DNA from: Pirellulales bacterium
GTDB lineage: Bacteria > Planctomycetota > Planctomycetia > Pirellulales > JAICIG01
NCBI GenBank assembly: GCA_040901675.1
Contig: JBBDYJ010000010.1
Location: 234,599 to 298,598, forward strand
Length of the DNA: 64,000 nucleotides
Direction: 5' to 3'
Of this stretch, positions 38,968-47,600 are shown piece after piece (within the stretch, counting starts at the first letter, position 1; every line of letters starts with the position of its first letter). Below the pieces are notes generated by a model, which worked only from the letters and a program-made list of their open reading frames with translations, was not told where the DNA came from and made no database searches. A program made the position numbers and the translations under genes.

Positions 38968-39711
38968 ATGACGCAAACCGACTATGCCCCGGAAGTCGAG
39001 GCCCGCTCCAGGCTGGCCGGCCTGCTGCGCGCGTTTTTTGTCGATGTGATCTGGCTGACGCTGAAGCGGATTCCGCTGAACGTGCTGGCTTGGACGACCG
39101 GCTTCCTGCTGGCCGGATATGCGGTGGCGCATTTCAGCGTGCCCCTTGCGGGCCTCGACGAGAGGCTCTCGGCGGCGGCCTTTGCCGCCCTGCTGACTGG
39201 CTTCGCGGCGGGTGGTTTCCTGCTCGGTCTGCTACGGGCCTTGCACGCCGGCGCTGAGCGGGCGGTCGAGATCGTGGGCACGGAAGCCAGCCGCTTGATC
39301 GATCGGCTGCTCGACCCGCTGGCCGACTCGCTGGGCGGCCACGATCGGCAGTTGCCGCTGGCCGAAGTCCGCGAGTCGTGCCGGCGACTGGTCGAAGAGG
39401 CCGAGCTTGCCGAGCCCCGCCGCGGCCCGCTGGGCTGGCTGTCGCGCGCGGCTCGTGCGCTGATCCGCCAGGGCTTGCGGATCCGCTTTCGCAAGGTTTC
39501 GGCGGTGTTCGACTCGCTGCTGGCCGAGGGCACCACGCACATGTCGGCGACCGACGTGAAGGACCTGGTCCGCGACAAGCTGGTTTGGGCCCTTTTGTTT
39601 GGCGCCCAGCGGCAGACTCGAGTGGTCGAGTGGACCGGCTACGTCCTGGGCGCGCTGTTGGTCATCTTGCCGCTAGCGGCCCTTTGGCTCGGCAGCCGGT
39701 TTGCCGGCTGA
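38968..39711 (+). CDS. Hypothetical membrane protein
   Basis: About 3 TM segments, GC3-biased codons, RBS GAGGG. Confidence 0.7.
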   Translation: MTQTDYAPEVEARSRLAGLLRAFFVDVIWLTLKRIPLNVLAWTTGFLLAGYAVAHFSVPLAGLDERLSAAAFAALLTGFAAGGFLLGLLRALHAGAERAVEIVGTEASRLIDRLLDPLADSLGGHDRQLPLAEVRESCRRLVEEAELAEPRRGPLGWLSRAARALIRQGLRIRFRKVSAVFDSLLAEGTTHMSATDVKDLVRDKLVWALLFGAQRQTRVVEWTGYVLGALLVILPLAALWLGSRFAG

Positions 39712-40764
39712 GGGCTTGTCGGCTGAGGGTTTTTTGCCGGCCGGCGTTTCGAGCAACTGCACGACGAAGACCGAGGTCATCCGTTCGAACGGCGTTACAC
39801 CCAGCACGACCGCGTGGCCGGGTGGCAAGGCCAACTCGGTACCCAGTCCACATAGGAATTGGTTTTTGACGTGGCCGACGCCGAGCACGCTAGGATCGCC
39901 AAGCTTAACTATGTTTTGAGCCTTGATCTCAATGGCGATGTTAAGGCTGCTCGCCTCGCTGTTCAGGACTTGTCCATTGATTTCCAGTTGGCAGTTTCCA
40001 AGATGATGGACCGGAGCTGTGCCCTGGGCTGAAAACCGCGATTGGGGCTTTCCGCTTATGTTTACGACGGTTTGCGCAGCCAGGCTAAGGTCGTTGATTC
40101 CATGTTTCCGCAATTCGCCGACGACCTCATTGAGATCATCCGGCAGCGAGTCGGCCAGTTCGTCTTGAAGAAGTCCGGCGACCAACCAAACGACCCGCAG
40201 CCGCGCGTCGCCCGAGGTTCGCGGTGACGCGTCGACGTCAACCGTCTTTAGCAGGCTCTCCATTACGGCTATCTCTTGGGCCGGCGCTCGGACTAGCAGG
40301 CGATTATTGCGCTCATCGACCGCCAATGCCGGGAAGCTGCGGCGCTCGCCACGTTGTCTTGCGGCTCCAGTGAGATACATGGTGTTCAGCAGTTCGAGAG
40401 CCTGACTAGCGCGAATGTGGCGCAAGCTGAAGACCGCGAGCTCCATTACCCCGTCCTCGCCGAGCGGTGGACTGGCAGATTCCAGTTTGTCGACAATTTG
40501 CCTGGCCGACACGATGACTTCGGCAGGTGCGGAGATCAGCAGAGAATTGCTCCGTTGGTCCGGGACGATCGGTACATGCCCCAGAAGCTGCAAAATGGCC
40601 TCTTGCGCCTGGTTAGCGGTAATGTGCTTCAAGGGGATTATTTCCAGCTTCAGATTCGGTTCCGCCTGCGGCTGCTCTTGTGCAAGACAGGACGCGCTTG
40701 CCCAAAGGACCGCGCACAAAAGCGGCACGAACGCTGATACACGGTGTGTCAGAAAATGGCGCAT
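39673..40764 (-). CDS. Secretin-N (NolW-like) repeat protein lacking the secretin barrel
   Basis: Two 'I.L.H..A...L.......D.R.NSL/RL...A' units (IPLKHITA..DQRSNSLL; FSLRHIRA..DERNNRLL); signal peptide. Confidence 0.75.
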   Translation of the reverse strand: MRHFLTHRVSAFVPLLCAVLWASASCLAQEQPQAEPNLKLEIIPLKHITANQAQEAILQLLGHVPIVPDQRSNSLLISAPAEVIVSARQIVDKLESASPPLGEDGVMELAVFSLRHIRASQALELLNTMYLTGAARQRGERRSFPALAVDERNNRLLVRAPAQEIAVMESLLKTVDVDASPRTSGDARLRVVWLVAGLLQDELADSLPDDLNEVVGELRKHGINDLSLAAQTVVNISGKPQSRFSAQGTAPVHHLGNCQLEINGQVLNSEASSLNIAIEIKAQNIVKLGDPSVLGVGHVKNQFLCGLGTELALPPGHAVVLGVTPFERMTSVFVVQLLETPAGKKPSADKPSAGKPAAEPKGR

Positions 40765-40798
40765 TGGCGATAGCTCCCTATTAAGAAGGTGGATTCGT

Positions 40799-41359
40799 TC
40801 AATTCACAATTGAGTCGGCGCTGCCCCGACCACTTGCCAACTTGGCCACTCGGGCCTCGGGTGCTGGTGGGTTGCTCGGCGACCGCGACTCAGGAAAGCC
40901 CTGCGCATCATCAGTCCGGCTGGCCGGATAGACCCATAGAATCGTGATTCGAGGATTGCTGCTCTCGAGCGGCTCGCCGATGAAACCGGCCGCCAGCCGG
41001 ACCTTCGCCTTGGGTTCAGAGCCCGTGGTGTCGCGGCTGTGCGGCGGGCTAGCACCGTTGTTCTCGATCGAAGGCGAATCTGGTTCAATCCGGGGCTCGC
41101 CAATCGCCGCATCGGCAATTGTCGAATCGTTCTTCGGTTCATCCTGCCTGTCGGCCAGTTGCGCATCCGGCCAAAACACATACGAACCTGCGGCCAACAG
41201 CAGGGCCGCGGCAAGGGCGGCGCCGGCCGCGGCCCGCCGCGCGCGCCTGCGGCGAAGTCGGCTTTCGATCCGCCCGACCAGACCCGGCGGGCATGGCTCC
41301 AGCGCCTCGACGGCGCGGGTTAGGAGAGAATCGAGATGTTCGTCGTCAGGGGGATTCAT
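40799..41359 (-). CDS. Putative anti-sigma factor
   Basis: Directly downstream of the ECF sigma; short N-domain, RRRR then a TM helix. Confidence 0.7.
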   Translation of the reverse strand: MNPPDDEHLDSLLTRAVEALEPCPPGLVGRIESRLRRRRARRAAAGAALAAALLLAAGSYVFWPDAQLADRQDEPKNDSTIADAAIGEPRIEPDSPSIENNGASPPHSRDTTGSEPKAKVRLAAGFIGEPLESSNPRITILWVYPASRTDDAQGFPESRSPSNPPAPEARVAKLASGRGSADSIVN

Positions 41360-41377
41360 AGTTCACCAGATAGTCGT

Positions 41378-41875
41378 TCACCAGATCGTCAAGCAAAACA
41401 TCGACAACAGCTCACGCATCCGCCGGCGGGCGATGCAGAGGCTGGCCCGCACCGCCTCGCGGCTGGTCTGAACGATGCCGGCCACCTCGTCCACGTCGAG
41501 CTTCTCCACGGCCACCAGGTATAGCACCTCGCGCTGCCGCGGCGGCAGCGAATCCATGGCCGCCAGCGCCCGCTGGAGCATCTCGCGATCGGCCGCCTCG
41601 GCCACCGGCCCGGCACGGTTCGTGGAAACGTCTTCGTCCAATCTTCCCGCTCGCCCCACCGCCAGGCGGCCTCGCCGCGCCTGGTCGCGCCACAGGTTGG
41701 CCGCAATGCGAAACAGCCACGCCAAGGCCGACTGCTCGTCGCGCAAGCGGCCCCGCTGCCGCCAGGCCCGCAGAAAAGTCTCCTGCGTCAGGTCCTCGGC
41801 CTGGTGACGGTCGTTGGTCAATCGCAAGGCGAAGCGGTACACGCGGGGCACATACTGTTCGAGCAGCTCATCCAC
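41378..41875 (-). CDS. ECF RNA polymerase sigma factor
   Basis: AEDLTQETFLRAW, WLFRIAANLWRD, LPPRQREV. Confidence 0.93.
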   Translation of the reverse strand: MDELLEQYVPRVYRFALRLTNDRHQAEDLTQETFLRAWRQRGRLRDEQSALAWLFRIAANLWRDQARRGRLAVGRAGRLDEDVSTNRAGPVAEAADREMLQRALAAMDSLPPRQREVLYLVAVEKLDVDEVAGIVQTSREAVRASLCIARRRMRELLSMFCLTIW

Positions 41876-42007
41876 TCTCGTTCAGCCTGTGTTGGTCCCG
41901 CAAGCCGACTCGTTCGCCCTGCTCCTATCAGAAAGACGAACGAACCGCCGCGGCGCTAAAAAGAAAATCCTGGAACTTGGAACTTAGATCTTGGGACTTA
42001 GAGCTTC

Positions 42008-42352
42008 TCATTCCTCCTTCCTCCTTCCTCCTTGCCTTTCCAGGACCCTGCCGTCGAGTTGCCAGGCGGAGTCGAGGGGTACGCCGAGGTGCGAAAGCGC
42101 GGTGGCGGCCACGTCGACCAGGTAGGTGGTTCCTCGAATCGAGCCCGGTTGAACACCGCCGCCGTGGACGATGAGAAAACCATTAGTGATCTCGGGCTCA
42201 CGGTGGCCTTTGCCGTGCTCGGTTCCCTTGCCGCCATGATCGGTGACGACCACGATCAGCCAGTCCTCCTCGGCCAGGGCGGCCCGGCCGGCCAGCGCCT
42301 CCAGCACGCTGCCGATGAGACTGTCGACCCGCTCGATGGCCTCGACGTACGT
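42008..42352 (-). pseudogene. C-terminal fragment of an alkaline-phosphatase / nucleotide-pyrophosphatase family enzyme
   Basis: YVEAIERVDSLIG...VVTDHGG..H...VDVAATAL.HLG...LDG; the N-terminal catalytic half is absent. Confidence 0.7.
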
Positions 42353-42445
42353 CCAGGCAGTGTAATGCATTCTGAACCGTGCAGCCACAAATCGCGTACA
42401 CCAGCCAGGGCCTCGCTGCTTTTCGTTCAGCCAGGAGCCAGAGCC

Positions 42446-43870
42446 ATGTCAAGTCCCGAGGAGGCCGCCCAAGGCGCAAGGCCGCGGCGGCGGTGGTTTC
42501 AATTCGGCCTGCGGACGCTCTTGATACTGGTGGCCGCGGCGGCGGTCTTCTTGGCATTCGTCGGCGTCCGCTGGTACCGCGGCTATCTCGAACGGCAAGC
42601 GGTGGCCGAAGTCCAAAAAGTGCAGGGGTGGATCGCCCGCAATCGGGAGGGCCAGGTCGATCGAGTCTACCTGGCCGGGCCGCAGATAGACGACCCGCAG
42701 CTCGAGCGGCTGGTGCCGCACCTGAATCACCTCTGGCACCTGCGAGAGCTCGACCTGGTCAACAACACCGTAACCGACAAAGGGTTGATGCACCTCGCAC
42801 GACTCTACACGCTGCGAGAGCTGTACCTGCTCGATACGCAGGTCACCGCCGCCGGCGTCGAAAAGCTGCAGCAGGCCAGGCCCGAGCTGACGATCAAACA
42901 AACTCTGCCCAATCCGATCGGTAGCGGGATGGCCATGCGCGACATCTACAACCACGCGGTTCTGGTAGTCGCCTTCAGCCCTAATGGCCGCTGGCTGGCC
43001 TCCGGCAGCGCCGACGGCACGTTGCACCTTTGGGACGTGGCGGCGCAGAGCATCATCTGGACCGCGGCCGCCCACACCGATTGGCTCTTCTCGCTGGATT
43101 TCAGTCCCGACGGCGCGCGGCTGGCGACCGGTGGCGGCGACAACGCCATCCGGCTGTGGGACGTGGCCGGGCGGCGGGAAACGGCCGAGCTGGCCGGCCA
43201 CCGGGGCGACGTACACGGCCTGGCATTCACGCCCGACGGCGGCACGCTGGTATCGGCCAGCGACGACCGGACGGTGCGCATCTGGGATCTCGATCGGATG
43301 GAAGAGCGATTCAACCTGCAGGGGCATTCCCACACGATCCCCGGGCTGGCGCTCAGTCCTGACGGTTCTTGGGCTGCCTCCGCGAGCCGGGACGACACGA
43401 TCAGGCTTTGGGACGTGACAACCGGCCGCCTCATCCGGGTGCTCCAGGGTCATGCAGGCGACGTGACGTCGGTCGCCTTCAGCGGCGACGGCCGCACGTT
43501 GGCGTCAGCCAGCTACGACAAAACGGTCAAGCTTTGGAACACGGCCGATGGAACGTTGCGGAGCACACTTCACGGGCACGACGATTGGGTGTTCGCCGTG
43601 ACGTTTTCGCCCGACTCGTCGCGGGTGATCTCCGGCGCCGGCGACGGCTTGCGCCTCTGGGACGCCGCTTGCGGCGAATCGCTCTCGTCGCGGGGCGAGC
43701 AACGGAACATCTCCTCGCTCGCGTTCAGTCCCTGCGGCGAAATACTCGCCTCCTCATCCGCCGAAGGGAACATCGCCCTGGGCGACGCCAGCTCGGGCGG
43801 CATCAAGACGGTGCTCTGGACCCGCTACGGCGAGCGCGGCCTGAAGGGGCTCGGGATTCGCCTGCAGTAG
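42446..43870 (+). CDS. Membrane-anchored LRR + WD40 repeat protein
   Basis: RWFQFGLRTLL anchor, LRELDL..NTVTDKGL LRRs, about 7 WD40 repeats (FSPDG..LAS...D.T..LWD). Confidence 0.9.
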   Translation: MSSPEEAAQGARPRRRWFQFGLRTLLILVAAAAVFLAFVGVRWYRGYLERQAVAEVQKVQGWIARNREGQVDRVYLAGPQIDDPQLERLVPHLNHLWHLRELDLVNNTVTDKGLMHLARLYTLRELYLLDTQVTAAGVEKLQQARPELTIKQTLPNPIGSGMAMRDIYNHAVLVVAFSPNGRWLASGSADGTLHLWDVAAQSIIWTAAAHTDWLFSLDFSPDGARLATGGGDNAIRLWDVAGRRETAELAGHRGDVHGLAFTPDGGTLVSASDDRTVRIWDLDRMEERFNLQGHSHTIPGLALSPDGSWAASASRDDTIRLWDVTTGRLIRVLQGHAGDVTSVAFSGDGRTLASASYDKTVKLWNTADGTLRSTLHGHDDWVFAVTFSPDSSRVISGAGDGLRLWDAACGESLSSRGEQRNISSLAFSPCGEILASSSAEGNIALGDASSGGIKTVLWTRYGERGLKGLGIRLQ

Positions 43871-44012
43871 CGCCCGAACTCGGCTTGACGTAGCGTTCAG
43901 CGGCAGCTTACGGTACAGAGGGCTGGTTCCACCCCTCTGTGGCAACCCAAGTAGTAAACTTACTGAATGAGTTGAAAAACCGTGGCCACCGGAGAACCAG
44001 GAGGACGAAGAA

Positions 44013-44222
44013 ATGACAATTCACGCCATTTACGAGAATGGGGTGTTTCGCCCCACGGAACCTGTCGACTTGCCGGAACGATGCGAGGTGGAGTTCGAGC
44101 CACGCGTCATCGGCCATCCTGAGGACCCGGGGCACCTCGACCGCATCTATGCGATTCTTTCCCGTCGACATAACTCTGGAGAGCATGATGTTGCTGAGCG
44201 TCACAATGAGCACCAGCCATGA
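44013..44222 (+). CDS. Antitoxin, AF2212/DUF104-like
   Basis: TIHAIYENGVFRPTEPVDLPE..EV; ATGA overlap with the PIN gene. Confidence 0.85.
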   Translation: MTIHAIYENGVFRPTEPVDLPERCEVEFEPRVIGHPEDPGHLDRIYAILSRRHNSGEHDVAERHNEHQP

Positions 44223-44620
44223 GCACGGTCTTTCTCGACACCGTCGGCTTGCTCGCCCTTTGGGATTCAAGCGATCAGTGGCATGGAGCGGCAGACGTTG
44301 TCTTCCGACAACTGCTGGTCCAGCGTTATCACTGTGTCACGACGTCGTTTGTACTGCTCGAATGTGGCAACGCTGCGGCTCGCTATTCCTATCGCACCGA
44401 CGTGTACGACCTTCGGCAGGAAATGGAAGCGCACGGCAATATCGTTGTCCCAGGCGAAGATGATCAAAGGTCGGCCTGGGAGGCCTATCATCGTGGCGAT
44501 GCGGCCCAGGCCGGGATCGTCGATCTGGTATCGTTCGTCGTGATGCGGCGCCTGGGAATCACGGACGCGTTTACCAACGATTCCCATTTCCGCGCTGCGG
44601 GTTTCGTGACGCTGTTTTGA
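44219..44620 (+). CDS. vapC: VapC PIN-domain toxin
   Basis: FLDT, E(CGN), VDLVSF, FTNDSHF...GF: the four acidic PIN residues are present. Confidence 0.92.
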   Translation: MSTVFLDTVGLLALWDSSDQWHGAADVVFRQLLVQRYHCVTTSFVLLECGNAAARYSYRTDVYDLRQEMEAHGNIVVPGEDDQRSAWEAYHRGDAAQAGIVDLVSFVVMRRLGITDAFTNDSHFRAAGFVTLF

Positions 44621-44659
44621 CCGTCGACCGCGATCCGCGGAATCGCGCAGGCTCGGTTG

Positions 44660-47600
44660 TCAACGCGCCTCCGGCTGCAGGCGCACGGCCTTGAGGTCGA
44701 ACAGAAAACCGGCGAGGCCGGGCTCGGCGCGGACGGTGATCTGGCGGCGGCCGGCTTCCAGCTCGACGTGGCCGAGCTGGACCTGCCGATAGGTGTCCCA
44801 GTTGCCGGTGCCGGAGGCCTTGCCGCCAAGCCGCTGGCCGGCCGTCTCCACGACAAACAGGTTGCCGGCCGTCTCGTCCGCACAGGCGTAGTCGATCGAG
44901 ACCGCGTAGCGGCCGGGCCGCTCGACCTCGAACGACCAGACGGCATGGTCGTCGGCGCTCTGCCAGTAACCGAGGTTGCCGTACTGCGGCTCAAAGACCA
45001 GCGTGCTGCCGTAGATCTCGGCCTGCGAGGCCAACAGCCAGAACTCGCCTCGCAAAGATTCGGGCCGCACCAGCTCCGGCTGGTTGCCTTCGAACCTGCG
45101 GCGGGGCGGGCGGATCGAGCCCAGGTATGCAAGCAGGTCGGCCACCTCCGACGGCCCGACGTCCTTCTCCAGACCTTCGGGCATCAGCGACTTGGACGAG
45201 CCTTGCAGCTCCTCCAGCTCACTGCGCAGCAGCTCGGTCTGTTTGCCGTCGGCCGCCAACAGGGTGATGCTGTTGCCGCTCTCGGCCTTGAGCATGCCGG
45301 TGTACGTCAGGCCGGCGGTTGTCTGGGCCGTGTAACTGACGTACTTGGCCTCGACCGCCCGATTGGGATCGAGCATCGCGACGAGCATCGACTCGGGCGA
45401 CTTGTCCGAGAGGGCCGAAATGTCGGGCCCCACCGGGTGGCCCACGTCGCCCAAACGATGGCAACTCGCACAGCTCTTCTTAAAGACGGCCGCTCCTCGC
45501 TCGATATCCCCCGACATTCGCAGCGCCGACTGGTATTCCTCCAACACGTGGCGGCGATCAGTGGCGGTGCCGGCCAGCAGCTCGGCGGCCCGCAGGCGAA
45601 TGCGTTCGTCTTCGTGCCCGAGCAGGCGCTGAGCGCGAGCCGCATCGAGATCCGCGGCCAGAATGCGGCCCTCGGCCAGTTGCTCGATCAAGGCATCGAG
45701 CCAATTCCGCCGAGCCAGCAGCACGTCGAGCACCTGCCCGCGCAGCTCCGGGCCGTAGCTGCTCCACCCAGCCACCAGCAGTTGCGGCGCGTTGTCGAGG
45801 TTCAGCCGCGCCAGGGCCGCCACCGCCGCCGACTGCAGGCGGCCGGGAGTCTGCGGATTCAAGAGCGCCACCAGCGTTTCGACATCGTCCTGGCGGCGTT
45901 CGTTTTCGCGGCCCAGCAGGCCGATTGCCAGCAGCCGATCTTCGTCGCTGGCGGCCGGCTCGGCGATCAGGCGCCTGGCGGCAGCGAAGACGTTGCTCAA
46001 GCGGTCGAGCGAGGCCTGCAATTCGTTGGCCGACCGGTCGCGCAGATCGGCCAGCGAAACCTGCCGGCGATCGAGGGCGTCGAGCAATCCGCTCAAGGCC
46101 CTAAACTGCCACGCGGCATAATCACCATCCGCGGGTTCGGCGATCGCCGCCAGGCCCAAGCTCAGCGCCTGCTGGTGGTCCAAAGCGGCGGCCAGGCTGA
46201 GCAATTGTTCCAAGAGGCCGGCAACAACCTGCTTGTCATCGCCGGCGGCGAGCACGCCACGCAGCGTCTGGGCAAGGTTGTGCCCGCCCACGGAGCTGAG
46301 CACGGCAGCCGTGGCATAGACGTCGCCGCGGCAGCTCAGAGCCAGCCGGGCCAGCGCCGTGCCGGCTGCCGGCGCGTGCCACTCGCCCAGGCTGTAGGCC
46401 ACCTGCACGCGGAGCTGCGGGTCGGCGTCATCGGCCAGGCCGGCCACCAGCCCGGCCAACTCCGGCGACTCATCGAGCCACCGCTCGCTCAGCCGCACCG
46501 CATGCCGGCGAACACCGGGATGAGGATCGGCCAGCGCCGTACGCAGCAGCGGCACCGCGAGAGCGTCGAGCCCGTCCAGCGTACACAGCGCGTGCAGCCG
46601 CGCCTGGGGAGGCCGCCCGGCATCGGCCAGCATCGCTTCCAACAGCGCGACCGCCTGCCGATCGCGCTTGTGGACGAGCAACTGCTGCGCCATGTCGCGC
46701 TGCCATCCGCTGGGGCTGTCGAGCGCCGCGACCAGCCCGGCCGTATCGAGCCGATCGAGCCGCGGGAACCCTCTGGGTTTCCGGCCGGAGGGATAAACGC
46801 GATAGATCCGCCCCTTGTCGTGGCCCGCCCGCAGATCGAGCCGCTCTTGCCACTCCTGCGGGATCCACTCCGGATGCTCGATCACGGCCCGGTACATATC
46901 GGCCACCCACAGCGCCCCATCAGGGCCGGCGCGGACCATGGTGGGCCTGAACCAGTGGTCGGTCGAGGCCAAAAACTCGCTCTGCTGTTCATCGGGCGCC
47001 CGGCGGCTGGTGAACGTGACGCCCTTGGCCGAGACCACTTCGCGGTGGACCAGGTTGTGGACCGGCTCGCACACGAACGAGTTGCCCGCGAACTCGGGGC
47101 CGAACAGATCGTCGCGGTAGATGATCGATGAGCAGGCCGAGGTGAAGCAGTTGGCGGCGTTGAAATCGTTGAAACGCGGCAGCGTGCGGCTGACGGGGAA
47201 CACCGGGGCGGCGCCGGGCGCTTCGGACACCTGCACGGTGGCGCCGGGTGACGGCAGGTGCGGATTTCGCCTGAGATAGTGGTCGGCCAGCACGAAGTGG
47301 AACATCGGATTCGAATTGTTCGACCCGAACCAGTTGCCCCAATCGTCCCGCTCGCGCATGAACTGCGTCTGCCCCGACTGCGGGTCGATCAGCCCTTCGT
47401 CGGGCCGGATGCGGAAGTCGCGGCCGCCGATGGCCACCCGCCGGCCGGTCTGGACCGATTCGATCTCGCCGCCGCTGTCGCCGTTGGCGCAGTACACCCA
47501 GTTGTCGAGCCCCCAACGCAGCCCGTTCACGCGGTGCTGCTGATTCCCCTCGCCGAAGCCCTTGTACAGCGTGCGCCGCAGGTCGGCCCGGCCATCGCCA

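Noticed and set aside
43880..43906. attC-like sequence on the minus strand (gccgctgaacgctacgtcaagc)
   Set aside because: The core reads GTC, not GTT, and there is no complementary left half
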